This document shows positions 13,860 to 25,459 of a stretch of DNA of 64,000 bases, piece after piece. This DNA is from Bispira polyomma (lineage: Eukaryota): contig OZ287755.1 in the NCBI GenBank assembly GCA_965649765.1, positions 59,396,001-59,460,000 of the forward strand, in the 5' to 3' direction. The position numbers and the translations under genes were made by a program. The notes below the pieces were generated by a model. It did not search any database and had not been told where the DNA came from. It saw nothing but the letters and a program-made list of their open reading frames with translations. The stretch's first letter is position 1; each line of letters starts with the position of its first letter.

Positions 13860-15060
13860 GCACTGGTTGTCCAAATCGTTAGTCGGTGGACAGAAATGAG
13901 TCGTGACCAGAAGGGCAACTGTAGGGGAGATTGGCTAAGGCAGGGGGAATAGCCAGTCGGAACAGATGTGTCTTGAATTTGCTCCTGAATTTATAAATAT
14001 CTATTAAGAATCTAATCTCAGCTAGCAACTTATTCCACTCATATGGAGCAGCAACTTGGTAACTCCGTCTACCCGACCGTCTGTGTGGTTGGGTGGAGGG
14101 CATAGATAATCAGTTGCCACTAGATGGATTATTAGATTGGATAGGGGAGTGGAGGTACAGAGGTAGACCCAAATTTATGGCATTAAAAGTGATTAGATTA
14201 TACTTCAAAATGATTTGGTATTCCACAGGCAACCAAGAGAGCATTTTTGTAATAATAAACAATAAGGAATTAATGTGAGTTCTACATCCCAGTTAAGGAC
14301 TGGTCAACAGGAATTTCTGAAGCTTCACAATTAAGCCACACCCAGCTTTCTTACTTTATCAGCAGGTACAACATCAGCGCCAAGAAGTTATGTTAAAAAG
14401 TAAGATTGGAGTTGTTTTCTTATACGTTTGTTACCAATGACAATAACTCACTTTTGTCGAGATTGAGTTTTAGCATAGTCAGATATGAACTGTCTCAAGG
14501 CAGTAAACCGTAAGTCGGCAAGACTTGAAGCACAGCTGTCAGCATCAAGGGAAATATATATCTGTGTTCTGGCTGCATAGAGGTGATGTGTTACTGAGTA
14601 ATTAGAAATAAGTGAACCAAGAGGTAAGGTGTAGAGTGTCAAAAGAAGGGGCTCAACGACAGAGCCTTGTGGGACCCCATGTGAGGGAGAGGAAGCATCT
14701 GAAACAATATTTTTATATTTATACTTTATTTCTGTATCCAAGGTAATACCAACCGAGAACTGTGCCTCCTACTCCATACCAGCTGCTAAAGCAGTCCAAC
14801 AAGATAGTGTGATCAATTGTGTTGAATATCGCTGAGAGGTCTAGTAGCGTTAGGGCTATAGCCTTGTCATGATCCAGGGCATTCGATATATCATTATGTA
14901 TCTTGAGGAAAGCTGTATGTCTGTTTATTTTAAATGGAACCACTTTTTATATGAACTTGGATATGAAGCTAAGGTTTGAAACTGGAAGATAGTTCTTCAG
15001 AGTGTTTTTGTCAAGTTTGCTTTTCTAAAGGAGGGGAGTGACAAGTGCAATTTTAGATCA
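13860..15060 (-). mobile_element. L2/CR1 LINE RT fragment, decayed
   Basis: Peptides LTLLDLSAIFNTIDHTILL, HGVPQGSVVEPLL, HHLYAARTQIY (degenerate YADD) and the C-terminal FKTHLF. Confidence 0.85.
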
Positions 15061-15201
15061 TTCTAGGAACTCTTCAGATAGTTCAGATACTTCTTAAAAT
15101 TTATCCTTTGTTGATGATAAAATTGTAACATTATGACATTTTGCCTTGTCTACTAGCGAATTGTGGCATAATATTAAACAACATTATCTATGATTTTAAA
15201 T

Positions 15202-15468
15202 GGGGGCCGCAGTGGCCTAGTGGTTAGTAAGCATTGCCCTTCACAATCACTGGTCTCTCACCTCTGGGATCGGCTGGCTTTGGTTCGACTCCCGTCAATG
15301 CCTATGTGGGAAAGGTGGTAGTTCCTTACTGTGGGCCGCTGGTTTCAGTGCAGAACATTGATCAACTGTATGCAGTGTTTCCTCCAGCGTTTCCAACTAC
15401 CCGTCCCAATATAACCGAATTAAAGGTACTAGAAAATATCCAAATTAAAAAAAAAAAAAAAAAATTCA
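15202..15468 (+). mobile_element. tRNA-derived SINE family A, copy 2
   Basis: GGGGCCGCAGTGGCCTAGTGGTTAG head, GGTTCGACTCCC B-box and A-rich tail. TSD ATGATTTTAAA at 15190-15200 and 15469-15479. Confidence 0.92.
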
Positions 15469-15529
15469 ATGATTTTAAACCAAACAGCTGGGTGACCTAG
15501 TGGTTAGAAACACTTGTCTCGCAGCTTTT

Positions 15530-15900
15530 CCTGCTATCTAGCATACATAAGGCCAATACAACCTTTCTCCTCCTGAAATGGCCTTTCAGTACCATTTCCG
15601 CCTCCTTCAAGGCCAATACAACCTTTCTCCTCCTGAAATGGCCTTTCAGTACCATCTCCGCCTCCTTCAAGGCCAATACAACCTTTCTCCTCCTGAAATG
15701 GCCTTTCAGTACCATCTCCGCCTCCTTCAAAGACAATTTTATTGCCTTACGTTCACGATCTATCATTCTCCTGTGTGTTTCTAATGGTCTTCCTTTTTTC
15801 CTTTACCTAGATGGTGCCTATTGAAGTGATATTTTTTGATTGGTACCTGTTGGACTGCGTTTGGGGCTGCATTAAGAATTCCATCCACGCTGACTCTCCG
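15530..15900 (-). mobile_element. RTE-clade LINE 3' end
   Basis: The minus strand reads roughly G-K-G-K-K-G-R-P...IDRERKAIKLSLKEAEM...VVLALC, like the RTE ORF C-terminus (GKRKRGRP...ALC). Confidence 0.55.
15549..15731. repeat. 60-bp tandem repeat x3
   Basis: Unit AAGGCCAATACAACCTTTCTCCTCCTGAAATGGCCTTTCAGTACCATYTCCGCCTCCTTC; the copies are near-identical. Confidence 0.95.
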
Positions 15901-16129
15901 GTGGTGGACTCATTCAAGGCAATGATACAGATTACTCACTTGTACATTTTTGTTTAGTAGTCTGGCTAAACGTTTTAGTCAGGTGAACATGTAAGAAACT
16001 GTACAATTATATTTAAAATTTACAGTAAACATCAATAGTTTACTTTTTTGGGAAGAAGCCCCCCCCCCCCCCCCCTCACAACATCAGTTTCAAACTTAAA
16101 CTGTTCCTCTGGCTAGTAATCAATTTACA

Positions 16130-17260
16130 TCTTCATAGCTTTAATTCCACCTCTATGTACGACTGTTGTGTTTGTTTAATTCTTCGATATACTTCACTTT
16201 CTATTCTTTTGTCTTGATATATATATATATATATAAATATTGCTTTGCAAAAAAAATCATTAAACAAATATCTGTTATTCTAGACTTATTTTAAGGAATA
16301 CCCCAAAGTAGTTCAAGAACTGTAAAACATACCTAAGGACAACTTTACCAAGTTCTTTCAGTACATTCCACATTTTTTCAATTTCACTACAATAATAACA
16401 AAAATGTTCCACAGTGTCTATTATTACTGCAGGGGCCGCAGTGGCCTAGTGGTTAGCAAGCATTATGCTTCACAATCACTAGTCTCTCACCTCTGGGCGG
16501 CGTGAGTTCGAATCCTGTCGATGCTTATGCGGGAAAGATGGTAGTTCCTTACTGTGAGCCACTGGTTTCAGTGCAGCACCTTGATCAACTGTATGCAGTT
16601 TTTCCTCCAGCGTTTCCAACTACCCGTCCCAATATAACCTAAACAGGTACTAGAGTGGATGTTAAATATCCCAATTAAAAAAACAACAACAAAAAACAAA
16701 GTATTATTACTGCAATATGAGCAAAGAGCGCTGTCTATAATCTTCCATTTAGGCACGTTATATATAAAGTTAACATATCTATGACTTATACTGTATTGTA
16801 AACTTTGTAAGCTTACATCAGAGGTCACTGTTGATGTGAGGTTGTACACCACAATCCAATCCATTGTCTCTAAAAATGGATGGGATCCGACCTATTTTTT
16901 CTACTCTTGGCATAGTCACATTAGAAGTTACAGATTCATACATTTGTTTGTTGGTAGGTTTGGATATATTTGTTTTTAAATGGGGAACATCAAGGCTGGC
17001 TGGGTTGTATAAACAAGATTTACGCAATAGACCAAATAACATAATATGCACTATATAAAATAAACCTTCAAAAGATATCTTGATATACTGCTGCAAGAGT
17101 TCAGGGTATAAAGATGTATTTCTCCAGGAATTAAGTACTGAAATGGTTAATACTATGTGACAAAACTATTGGGAGCACACAGAACTTCCATAATATGCGG
17201 GATCATTGCCTTGATAAGAATGTAAAATTTTAAAATTTACAATAGAATATTCTCAAAAAC
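16130..17260 (-). mobile_element. L1/Tx1-type LINE 3' fragment interrupted by a SINE
   Basis: LQSLQYSISHRYV...KWKIIDSALCSYC followed by TVEHF is a zf-RVT-like C-terminus, split by the SINE at 16432. Confidence 0.6.
16432..16701 (+). mobile_element. tRNA-derived SINE family A, copy 3
   Basis: TSD TATTATTACTGCA at 16419-16431 and 16702-16714. Confidence 0.92.
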
Positions 17261-17561
17261 TACCATTCTAAGACACAGCAGTATTCCCCCGAAAAAAACC
17301 AACGATGTGTAATTGGTCTTTTGTGGCCTAATTGTTATGAAGTTGGTATGGTGATCAGAAAATCCTCGGCTTGACTCTAGGTTCGAGATGTAGTAGGTCT
17401 CCTGTGGTTTAGTGGTTAGGAAGCTGGTCTGATTATCAGAAAGTCCCTAGCTCGACTCTAATTTGGGAGAGCTGGTCTGGAAATTGGAATGTCCCAGATT
17501 CGGCTTTTAATTATACCACTAGTTTCATTGGTGGGATATCATCCTTGGACAAGATGTGAAC

Positions 17562-17880
17562 ACATGCTATTGCCCACTGATGATGACCCAGGCTATGTTG
17601 TGAACACCATGACATTGCCTACTGATGACGACCCAGGTTATGTTGTGAACACAATGACATTGCCTACTGATGATGACCCAGGTTATGTTGTGAACACCAT
17701 GACTTTGCCCACTGATGACGACCCAGGTTATGTTGTAGGACACATGACATTGCCTACTGATGACGACCCAGGCTATGTTGTGAACACAATGACATTGCCC
17801 ACTGATGACGACCCATGCTATGTTGTGAACACCATGACATTGCCCACTGATGACGACCCAGGCTATGTTGTAGGACACAT
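17562..17880. repeat. 45-bp minisatellite x7
   Basis: Unit approximately ACCATGACATTGCCCACTGATGACGACCCAGGCTATGTTGTGAAC. It produces the spurious ORF (MTLPTDDDPGYVVNT)n. Confidence 0.95.
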
Positions 17881-18476
17881 AATTGGTTTATCAATTTAGC
17901 CGTTGTGCTTTAGAAGATGCTTTGCATCAATAAAGTGTGTTTCACTCTGTTTTCAGGGTTGCAGAGTTAATACCATATATTTACAGCTTTAGCTACCCTT
18001 ATCTGACCAAGTGAGTAAACGTATGTGACTGTGCCACATTGGCCTTTTTAGGGTGGAGATTTTGTAAACTCAACCTTTTGGAGTAAATCTTCCAAGCCTT
18101 CTTCTGTAATGTGGATTAATCTAACCCTTTGGATTCCAAGATGCGACTATCGTAGGGATTTTTTTGGTAATAGGTTAGAGATAGCTGAAGTCACTAAACC
18201 CCACACCACAGACTACTTCCAGCATCCAATAACAGCCTGACATATAATTTTTTAAAATGGAGAAGTCTGCTATACTTACAATCTCCCATTGCATGGAACT
18301 AAAGGAAAATTAAATAATATTTTTTGGGTGTTGACTGCTTGCCGACAGTCCTAGGTTCTGGGAGTAACAAATACCGTCGACTGCCAGCCAAAAAACACAG
18401 GCGTCCAAAGGGCTAAGAAATGTATGGACACACCAAAGCAGAGACATAATATTCATGGGCGTCAATAAAGCAGAAA

Positions 18477-18735
18477 GGGGACGTGGTGGCCTAGTGGTTA
18501 GCAAGCATTGCGCTTCACAATCACTGGTCTCTCACCTCTGGGCTGTGTGAGTTCGAATCCCGTCGATGCCTATGTGGAAAAGGTGGTAGTTCCTTACTGT
18601 GGGCCGCTGGTTTCTCTGCAGAACCTTGACCGACTGTATGCAGTGTTTCCTCCAGCGTTTCCAACTACCCGTCCCAATATAACCTACTAAAAAGGTACTA
18701 GAGTGGACGTTCAATATCCAAATTCAAATTCAAAT
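18477..18735 (+). mobile_element. tRNA-derived SINE family A, copy 4
   Basis: (CAAATT)n tail. TSD TCAATAAAGCAGAA at 18462-18475 and 18736-18749. Confidence 0.93.
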
Positions 18736-19907
18736 TCAATAAAGCAGAATGACTGATGTAGTGTCTTAAACAATAATGTCCCCATACATACTTATATGTG
18801 AACATATAGATCTATATTCGGTAAAAGAACGCCTTGTAATTTGCATATATATTAGTGTGACTGGTAGTAGATATGAAGCCAGGAAGTATGAGTGGCTATT
18901 CAGTCAGTGGAGCGGGTATTCAGTCAGTGAGCAATTGGTCTGGTTATAAGAAATTATGAGTGTTTAATGCGCTGATGTACAGCGATATTACATGCCTCTC
19001 CTCTATAAAGACCTGACCTCAGGCCTTATACTACTACAACATTAACTCTACCGACTGAACTCACTTGGCTGAGGGGGGGGGGGGATCTTGAGCCATTTCG
19101 AACATGTAGAGTAATAAAGATTCTTGCTTCTGGTAGGATTAGAACCGGGGCTCTTTGGATTATCACTCCAGTACACTAGCAGTTGACCCAATCATTAAGG
19201 CTTATTAGTAAATGAAACCCATGCAGTATGCATTGCCACAACATCGTCGAAAACATTATTTTCTAATAATGTAGCATTAAAGATAAATATATATACTTAG
19301 GGCCACCCTAGCTTCATTCATAATTAATTTTACAATTACATTAAAAACTTTCTTATGTGGCAAACTTAAATTTGTACCATATAATAAAGCATATATTTAA
19401 AGAGGCATTCTTAATTTAATTTAAATTTTCATTCAAAAACATTCTTTTAGTTGGGTTGGATTTTATAATAGAGAAACACCTGTGGACACTTAATTCTATG
19501 AACTCATTAAGTTTACATAATGTAGTGCCACTTGGCATTGACTGGGATTTTCCCAATGAGGTACACTGCCTATGTCATATCTATATTTATTTAGGTGTGT
19601 CTGAGACAACCAAATGTCATGCAGAAATCACCCCATTAGTACAAATGAACTTAAGTCTTCAAAATACTTATTTTACAACTGGGAGTTATTGCATTGATTT
19701 GTTTTCTCCCGGAAGCCATATTGCACTTGCAAAAAAAAGTTTGTGTCAATTTAGTTCTGGATTACTTTAGTAGTTTAAATGTATGGTTCGTGATTTCTTT
19801 TAATAAACGTGGAGATCTATTATACTTTCATCTATTTTGTTCTCAGAGAAAGAAAATCTGCTTTGTTCGATCGGTATGTACCCCTGTTATGACTTTTAGA
19901 TGTTTTA

Positions 19908-21200
19908 AGGGGTGAACATACCTGGACGATTTTTGCGTCCGAATCCGACGTCTGTTTTTGTCCTCCGATGTCTGAAACTGTAGATACATTACATCCGAAA
20001 AACTGGCTGTTTTTTCTTGAATAGAATATCCTTGCGTTACCGGTTTCCGACGGTGTAAGGCTATTTACCGCATTTTATGGATATTCATCCGCTGTCAGTT
20101 TGAAAATATAATACCAGATTGAACGAAATATTGTTTTCTTTATTTTAACGTGAATTATTTATAAATATATTTTTAACTCTTTTTTTGAAGTATCGTAATT
20201 CGTTTCTGAAAATAAAAATAGTCACTGGTTATCAACATTGAGGCTTAATTCGTTAAACCTAGGTGTCTATGCTAACTTTCTAAAAAATATGGACCTATTG
20301 TTCTTTCTTTATGATTATTTTATCATTCGCACTCTTTTATTTTAATAAATGATCCGCTATTATAGTTTTTTTGTGCAAATGAAATTGTGTGCATAGATTT
20401 GTTAACCAAGCTCAGGAAAACAACTTCAAATAAGGGATGTAATGTTCAGTAACCTCATTTCCTTTTTACAAAATGACTTATAATAAAATGATAAACATAT
20501 TTGTTTGAAGAAATATCTTAAATGCACGTATATTTTTCTGCATTGAAATGATTTATATGAGCAAATATTCTCTAGTTTTTAAAGTACTCAGCAGATGGCG
20601 CACTCTGCAAAAGTTAGAAAGTAAAGATAAACAAATATAAAAATGGCTACCCATCTTTAAAGTTAAATATCTCTGCCATTTCTCAACGGATTTTGACGAA
20701 GCAAAAAGCACAGTAATCGCAATAAAACAAGCTTTCTTGCATAATATGTAACGTGTAACATGTTTATGAGTAATTAATTTTTTTGGCAATATGGCAAAAA
20801 TACATTATACAAACGTAAAGTAAAATACATTAATTTTAATTATTTTTTAAATTTAAGTCAAAACTAACGATAATAAAACGTTCAAACTACGTAATGGCTG
20901 TCCCAACATTGAAATTGAGGCTGGTATTTTCCATCTTACTATTTTTATACTATTTTTACAAAATAAAGCATGTGGTTGGAACTACAATGTATTCTTACTC
21001 GACAATCGGAAATTACACATCACAAAAACATTCAAATTTACTTCATATTCCTGTCTGTCATCCGAAGACTGATTTTAAAAATTCGGCTCACGCTGTGTTC
21101 TATTTCTCTATTTCATTATATATTTTTTTTCTTTGAATGACAGATATGAACATTGAATGACGGATTCGGACGCAAAAACGACAAGGTATATTTGCCCCCT
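19908..21200. mobile_element. Non-autonomous TIR DNA transposon (~40 bp TIR; TA or TTAA-like target)
   Basis: Left end AGGGGTGAACATACCTGGACGATTTTTGCGTCCGAATCCG versus right-end reverse complement AGGGGGCAAATATACCTTGTCGTTTTTGCGTCCGAATCCG. The empty site is visible in the paralogous segment at ~38250. Confidence 0.85.
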
Positions 21201-21531
21201 TACTGGTTCAAATCTATTGAAGTTGAATGTATCGTGCATGTGTTATTCCTATATACTACAAACACATATGTATATATATCTTTGTGTATATATATAGGCG
21301 TGGACAGTGATTCAGATAGTTTTCAGTGAATATCATCGTTTATATTGATATTTACTACTCTAATTACAGGTGAGGTTTCATATTATAAACTGTGATTGAT
21401 TAGAAGCAGAGACAATAATTACTTGTAACCATTATTTGGCCAAGAAGCTATATTGTATGTATAGGATATTTTCGATATGGACTGGATAGTCATTACTGAC
21501 ACTGATATATAAACATTAAACTAAAATTATA

Positions 21532-21975
21532 AAATAATTATGTTTACCAGTGAATTGTAAATAACTTTTTGTTTGTAAATGTACGATAACGGAAATAGAA
21601 TACATATTTTGATGACATCATTATGATATTTCGTAAATGTCATGTAACAAAAAGGAAGTTAATATTCGGGGAGCTATAATATTCTTAAATAAATGCCATG
21701 TGTTTAAATATTTAATCTTCATTTGGTACATATCATGTATAAATAATTAGAAATAATTATGTTTACCAGTAAATTGTAAATAAATATTTGTTTGTAAATA
21801 TACGATACAGGAAATCGAATACATATTTTGATGACATCATTATGATATTACGTAAATGTCATGTAACAAAAAGGAAGTTAATATTCGGGGAGCTATAATA
21901 TTCTTGGATAAATGCCAACGAAAATAATGTGTTGTAAATATGTAATCATTATTTGATACATATCATGTATAAACA
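21532..21975. repeat. ~219-bp tandem duplication (x2)
   Basis: The AATAATTATGTTTACCAGT...GTATAAA block occurs twice here and once in the paralogous region at ~40795-40990. Confidence 0.85.
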
Positions 21976-22514
21976 CAATGTAAAACATGCCACAATTTTA
22001 GATCATATATCTAGTATATATCTGATAAGAGCATGCATGGACCGATGAATCGGTCACATATCTTCAACGTGATGTAACAAACCAACAGATATAAATGAAA
22101 AGACAATCTCTTGGTAGAATACAAGCATTCGGAGCACATTCAAACCTATAATATATTTGATCTTTCTTAGGTAATTTCAGGCTGTAATTGAATAAATTCA
22201 ACACTTTCGTCGATTTTTATTGTATGCATAATTAATATTGTGATAACTAAGATACATATTGTGAATCCTAATTGAAGCCTTAGCCAATTCTCTTTGCAGG
22301 AAAAAATAGAGATCAGACCATTGTCCGTTTATGTATCACACTGGTGCTATTGGAATAGTGTGTACTGGTTTCTATGTAACCTCAAGAGTAATTGTTTTCT
22401 GTTGTTGCAGTAACACCAGAATTTAAAATCTGCTGGGATTTCAATTTCGTCTGTGACATATATACATTCAACTTTTTTTTGTTTTTGCAGTTACACCAGT
22501 TGACTGGTCAAAAT

Positions 22515-23333
22515 ATGGGAACCTTCCTAGGTTGTGCCTTTCCTGGCACAGTTATGATACTCTATGCCATATGGTGGACCATACACATAAGAAGGCGGAA
22601 GATGGTTTGCAGTACTAAAGGTATAGACTTCTACAACACAATCACATATCCTTGCTTTTGTTTGTGTGTGAAGTTTCCCATTGAAGGAGTGGTCAAAATC
22701 CTGGTTTCGTTTACTGGCATGATCGTTGAAGGCTATATAGCTTCTGAACCAATCAGAGATGGACATGTAATTGCAGAAAATGACTGGCATGGTTTCTATA
22801 TTGGTGACGTACTATACTCTTTCATGTATGTGGTATTCTTCATCTCTGGAATCTGTGATGTGAGAGTCAACGTTATGAACAAACCAGAAGGCATTAGCTA
22901 TGTCACCAGTGCTTTGGCTGTAGCCATAGAAGCCATACTGCTTGTGTTCAATGTATATTGGAGTGATAGGTTAAACATAGTTCTTAATGGGTTGTTACTG
23001 TGTGTGTTGTTGTTATGTGTGGTGTGCATTCTGGTGGAATGGAGAAACAAGAGCAATTTATATGTGGGTATGGCGAGAATGTATTTGGTCTTTTTGCAAG
23101 GAACCTGGTTCTACCAGGTAGGATTCATACTATATCTGGGTCATGAACAGTGGGATGGTGACTCACATGAGTCTATTATGTGGGCTGTTATATACTTTGT
23201 TTCACACATGGCAGGTGTGTTCCTGGGAATGGTTATCATAACTAAAGTGACATCCTGGATCTTCAGAAATCATTGCAAGATAGGGAAATGGTCAAACGAT
23301 TATAAATATACTAAACTTCCCAATTTTGGATAA
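22515..23333 (+). CDS. TMEM45/DUF716-family membrane protein, paralogue 1 (divergent, 272 aa)
   Basis: ATG at 22515 follows the acceptor ttgcag| at 22490. It aligns over its full length with 44595-45479 and contains the family motif LQGTWFYQVGFILY and multiple hydrophobic helices. Confidence 0.88.
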   Translation: MGTFLGCAFPGTVMILYAIWWTIHIRRRKMVCSTKGIDFYNTITYPCFCLCVKFPIEGVVKILVSFTGMIVEGYIASEPIRDGHVIAENDWHGFYIGDVLYSFMYVVFFISGICDVRVNVMNKPEGISYVTSALAVAIEAILLVFNVYWSDRLNIVLNGLLLCVLLLCVVCILVEWRNKSNLYVGMARMYLVFLQGTWFYQVGFILYLGHEQWDGDSHESIMWAVIYFVSHMAGVFLGMVIITKVTSWIFRNHCKIGKWSNDYKYTKLPNFG

Positions 23334-25231
23334 AAAGTATGTGGATGATACAGAATTAACTTAAAATTAATTTTACATTTGAAGGAATATTAACCAGAGA
23401 AGTGTAAATGTTACAAAATATGTATCAAAATATTGAGTGAGTAGGGGTATTTTATCATGATCCAAAAAAAAACAAATTTACATTTTATTTGTTTAATGCT
23501 AACCTATGTTTTTAAACTAATCATTTTATGTGTAATTAAGTGTAAGCAACTCCATTAGACTAATATTAATTATTATATATTTACTCATTTATACTGGCAA
23601 ATATATGTTGTTAAAATTGGATAAATAAAATTGTAGATTGCTCATGATGTTTCTTCCTTGATTGACAAAGACTGTTAGGGGTCTGTTATATCAATAAACC
23701 AGTAAACAAGCCATTTTATTGTTTTGGCAGTAAAATACAACTTTTTCGTAGTAGATACAGGCCGGGCGATACAATTGATCGTATCAGCCGGCGCCCGAGA
23801 ATTTGTATGTAAAATCTGTTAAAGCTGCACACGTTTTTAAGGTTTTAGTGTCAATTTTAAGTAGTATATCAGACAGAAAGTTGTTTAAAAGTGGGACCAA
23901 TATAAAATACCAACCATAAACAACATGATGGTATATTAAACTTGATTTTTAGTTCTGTATAAATACAAATTTGAAGTTAATTATTTATGGTACCAATTCT
24001 GTACTTCTTAGTTTTCAGATTTGCGCTGTGACGTCATAATTGATGTTTTTAAACGTAAACAATGTATACAGTTTTGGCTTATTTTATTGTCATAGTAAAC
24101 AAATTGATCCATCAATTGTTTAAAGCTCTTGATATATATAAAATATAGGCAGTATGCAATATTATTTTGTACAAAACCTAATTTTTAGAGTAGTAGAAGT
24201 TTGTATTTGAAGCTAATTCTTTAATGTCCCAATTCAGTACTTTAGTTTGTAAAATGTATATAATTTGCCACGAATTTTCAATTTTTGAGGCTCTTTCAGA
24301 CAATATTGAAAAACAATGTACTTATACACGGGTGGTAAGAATTCTTGATGGTATGATTTCTGGACAATAAATAAAATTATATGGAAATACCAGGAAATAC
24401 ACAGAAAATACCATGTCAAACGAACATTATTTTGTAATTTATTTTACACTACTGAATGTCTTCTTACTGATAAGTGACAAAATATACAATAAATCATAAT
24501 TTCAACGTATAGATATACAAGTTGGTCCTGATAAAATATTGTTTATTTCAGATTCAATAATAAAGTTATGGAAAAAATAAATAATAACAGGAAATAAGAT
24601 AAAGAAGCATACAGAAATGCTATTTTTGCACAATTGAATTTCTAGGTGACACTCTGCCTTGCACTTCCTCCTAGCCGCCAAACTGTCTAGAATTCATACC
24701 ACTTGACATATAAACAAATTTTAAACCTTATTTTAAAGAATCTGTCAAAAGATTTTTTATTGATATTAATGAATGACAAGTGTTTCATGTATACCTATTT
24801 CAGTACATTTGACTTTTTAATACATCTGATGCGACACACTTAAATTTAAGTAAAAACATCAAATTCTGTCCAGAATCGATAAACCAATAATTGTACATAA
24901 CCATAACCTAATACATAGCCAATTGTACATTTGCATTAACCAACTTCAGCTCAAATATTGCCTAAAGATGTTATACCACATTATCGGAGGCTTGGGGGTG
25001 CAATATCAAATGTGATATTGAACAGTTCCACAACGTGGAATGAAGTAAACTGAAGAAGATCAAAATGTGTTCTTCTCAAACTTGCCTCATTTTCGTATTG
25101 TTTTGTGCATTTTAGATCAAGGAATTCCTTATTTTGTGAATACCGCTTTTGATCCAAGGATCACTTGAAACTTTTTTACAACTTAGATCTGATCTTGATC
25201 ATTATTTGTTGAACTTGTAGCCACTAGGATG

Positions 25232-25308
25232 TGACGTATCCACTCCTGACCAATAGGATCGAACTAAGGTAATATCTGCCAGGTCCCCTGTTGTTTTGGG
25301 TATAAATA
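25232..25308 (+). promoter_or_regulatory. Putative promoter (CRE half-site, CCAAT, TATA) of the MADF-like gene
   Basis: TGACGT at 25232, CCAAT at 25250 and TATAAATA at 25301, about 150 bp upstream of the ATG at 25460. Confidence 0.4.
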
Positions 25309-25459
25309 GGACCCACCATTACCACACTTTTTGTATTTGGAGATTGCTGGCTGGTGTTACATGTTATATTTTTAGGAAGGCTTTTCATTGTTTTCTTATA
25401 TCTTTTGAGATAGGGCAGATTTTAAAGCTTAGGGTTTTTATATATATACAACATTAAAA

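Noticed and set aside
15202-15300. tRNA genes at the SINE heads
   Set aside because: A and B boxes are present, but each head continues into a shared body and tail with TSDs, so these are SINEs rather than tRNAs.
17562-17880. 45-bp array as a CRISPR array, a hammerhead retrozyme (CTGATGA...GAAC) or a repeat protein (MTLPTDDDPGYVV)n
   Set aside because: There are no unique spacers and the context is eukaryotic. The hammerhead core needs GAAA and proper stems, whereas this has GAAC with an extra base. The ORF is only a by-product of a unit length divisible by 3.
18508-18690. Recurrent small ORF family MRFTITGLSPLG (also 3279, 15234, 53790)
   Set aside because: These are translations of SINE copies with non-ATG starts.
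22392-22514. N-terminal 41 aa of the 313-aa ORF
   Set aside because: It starts at TTG and crosses a polypyrimidine tract and acceptor. The paralogue and the family place the start at ATG 22515.
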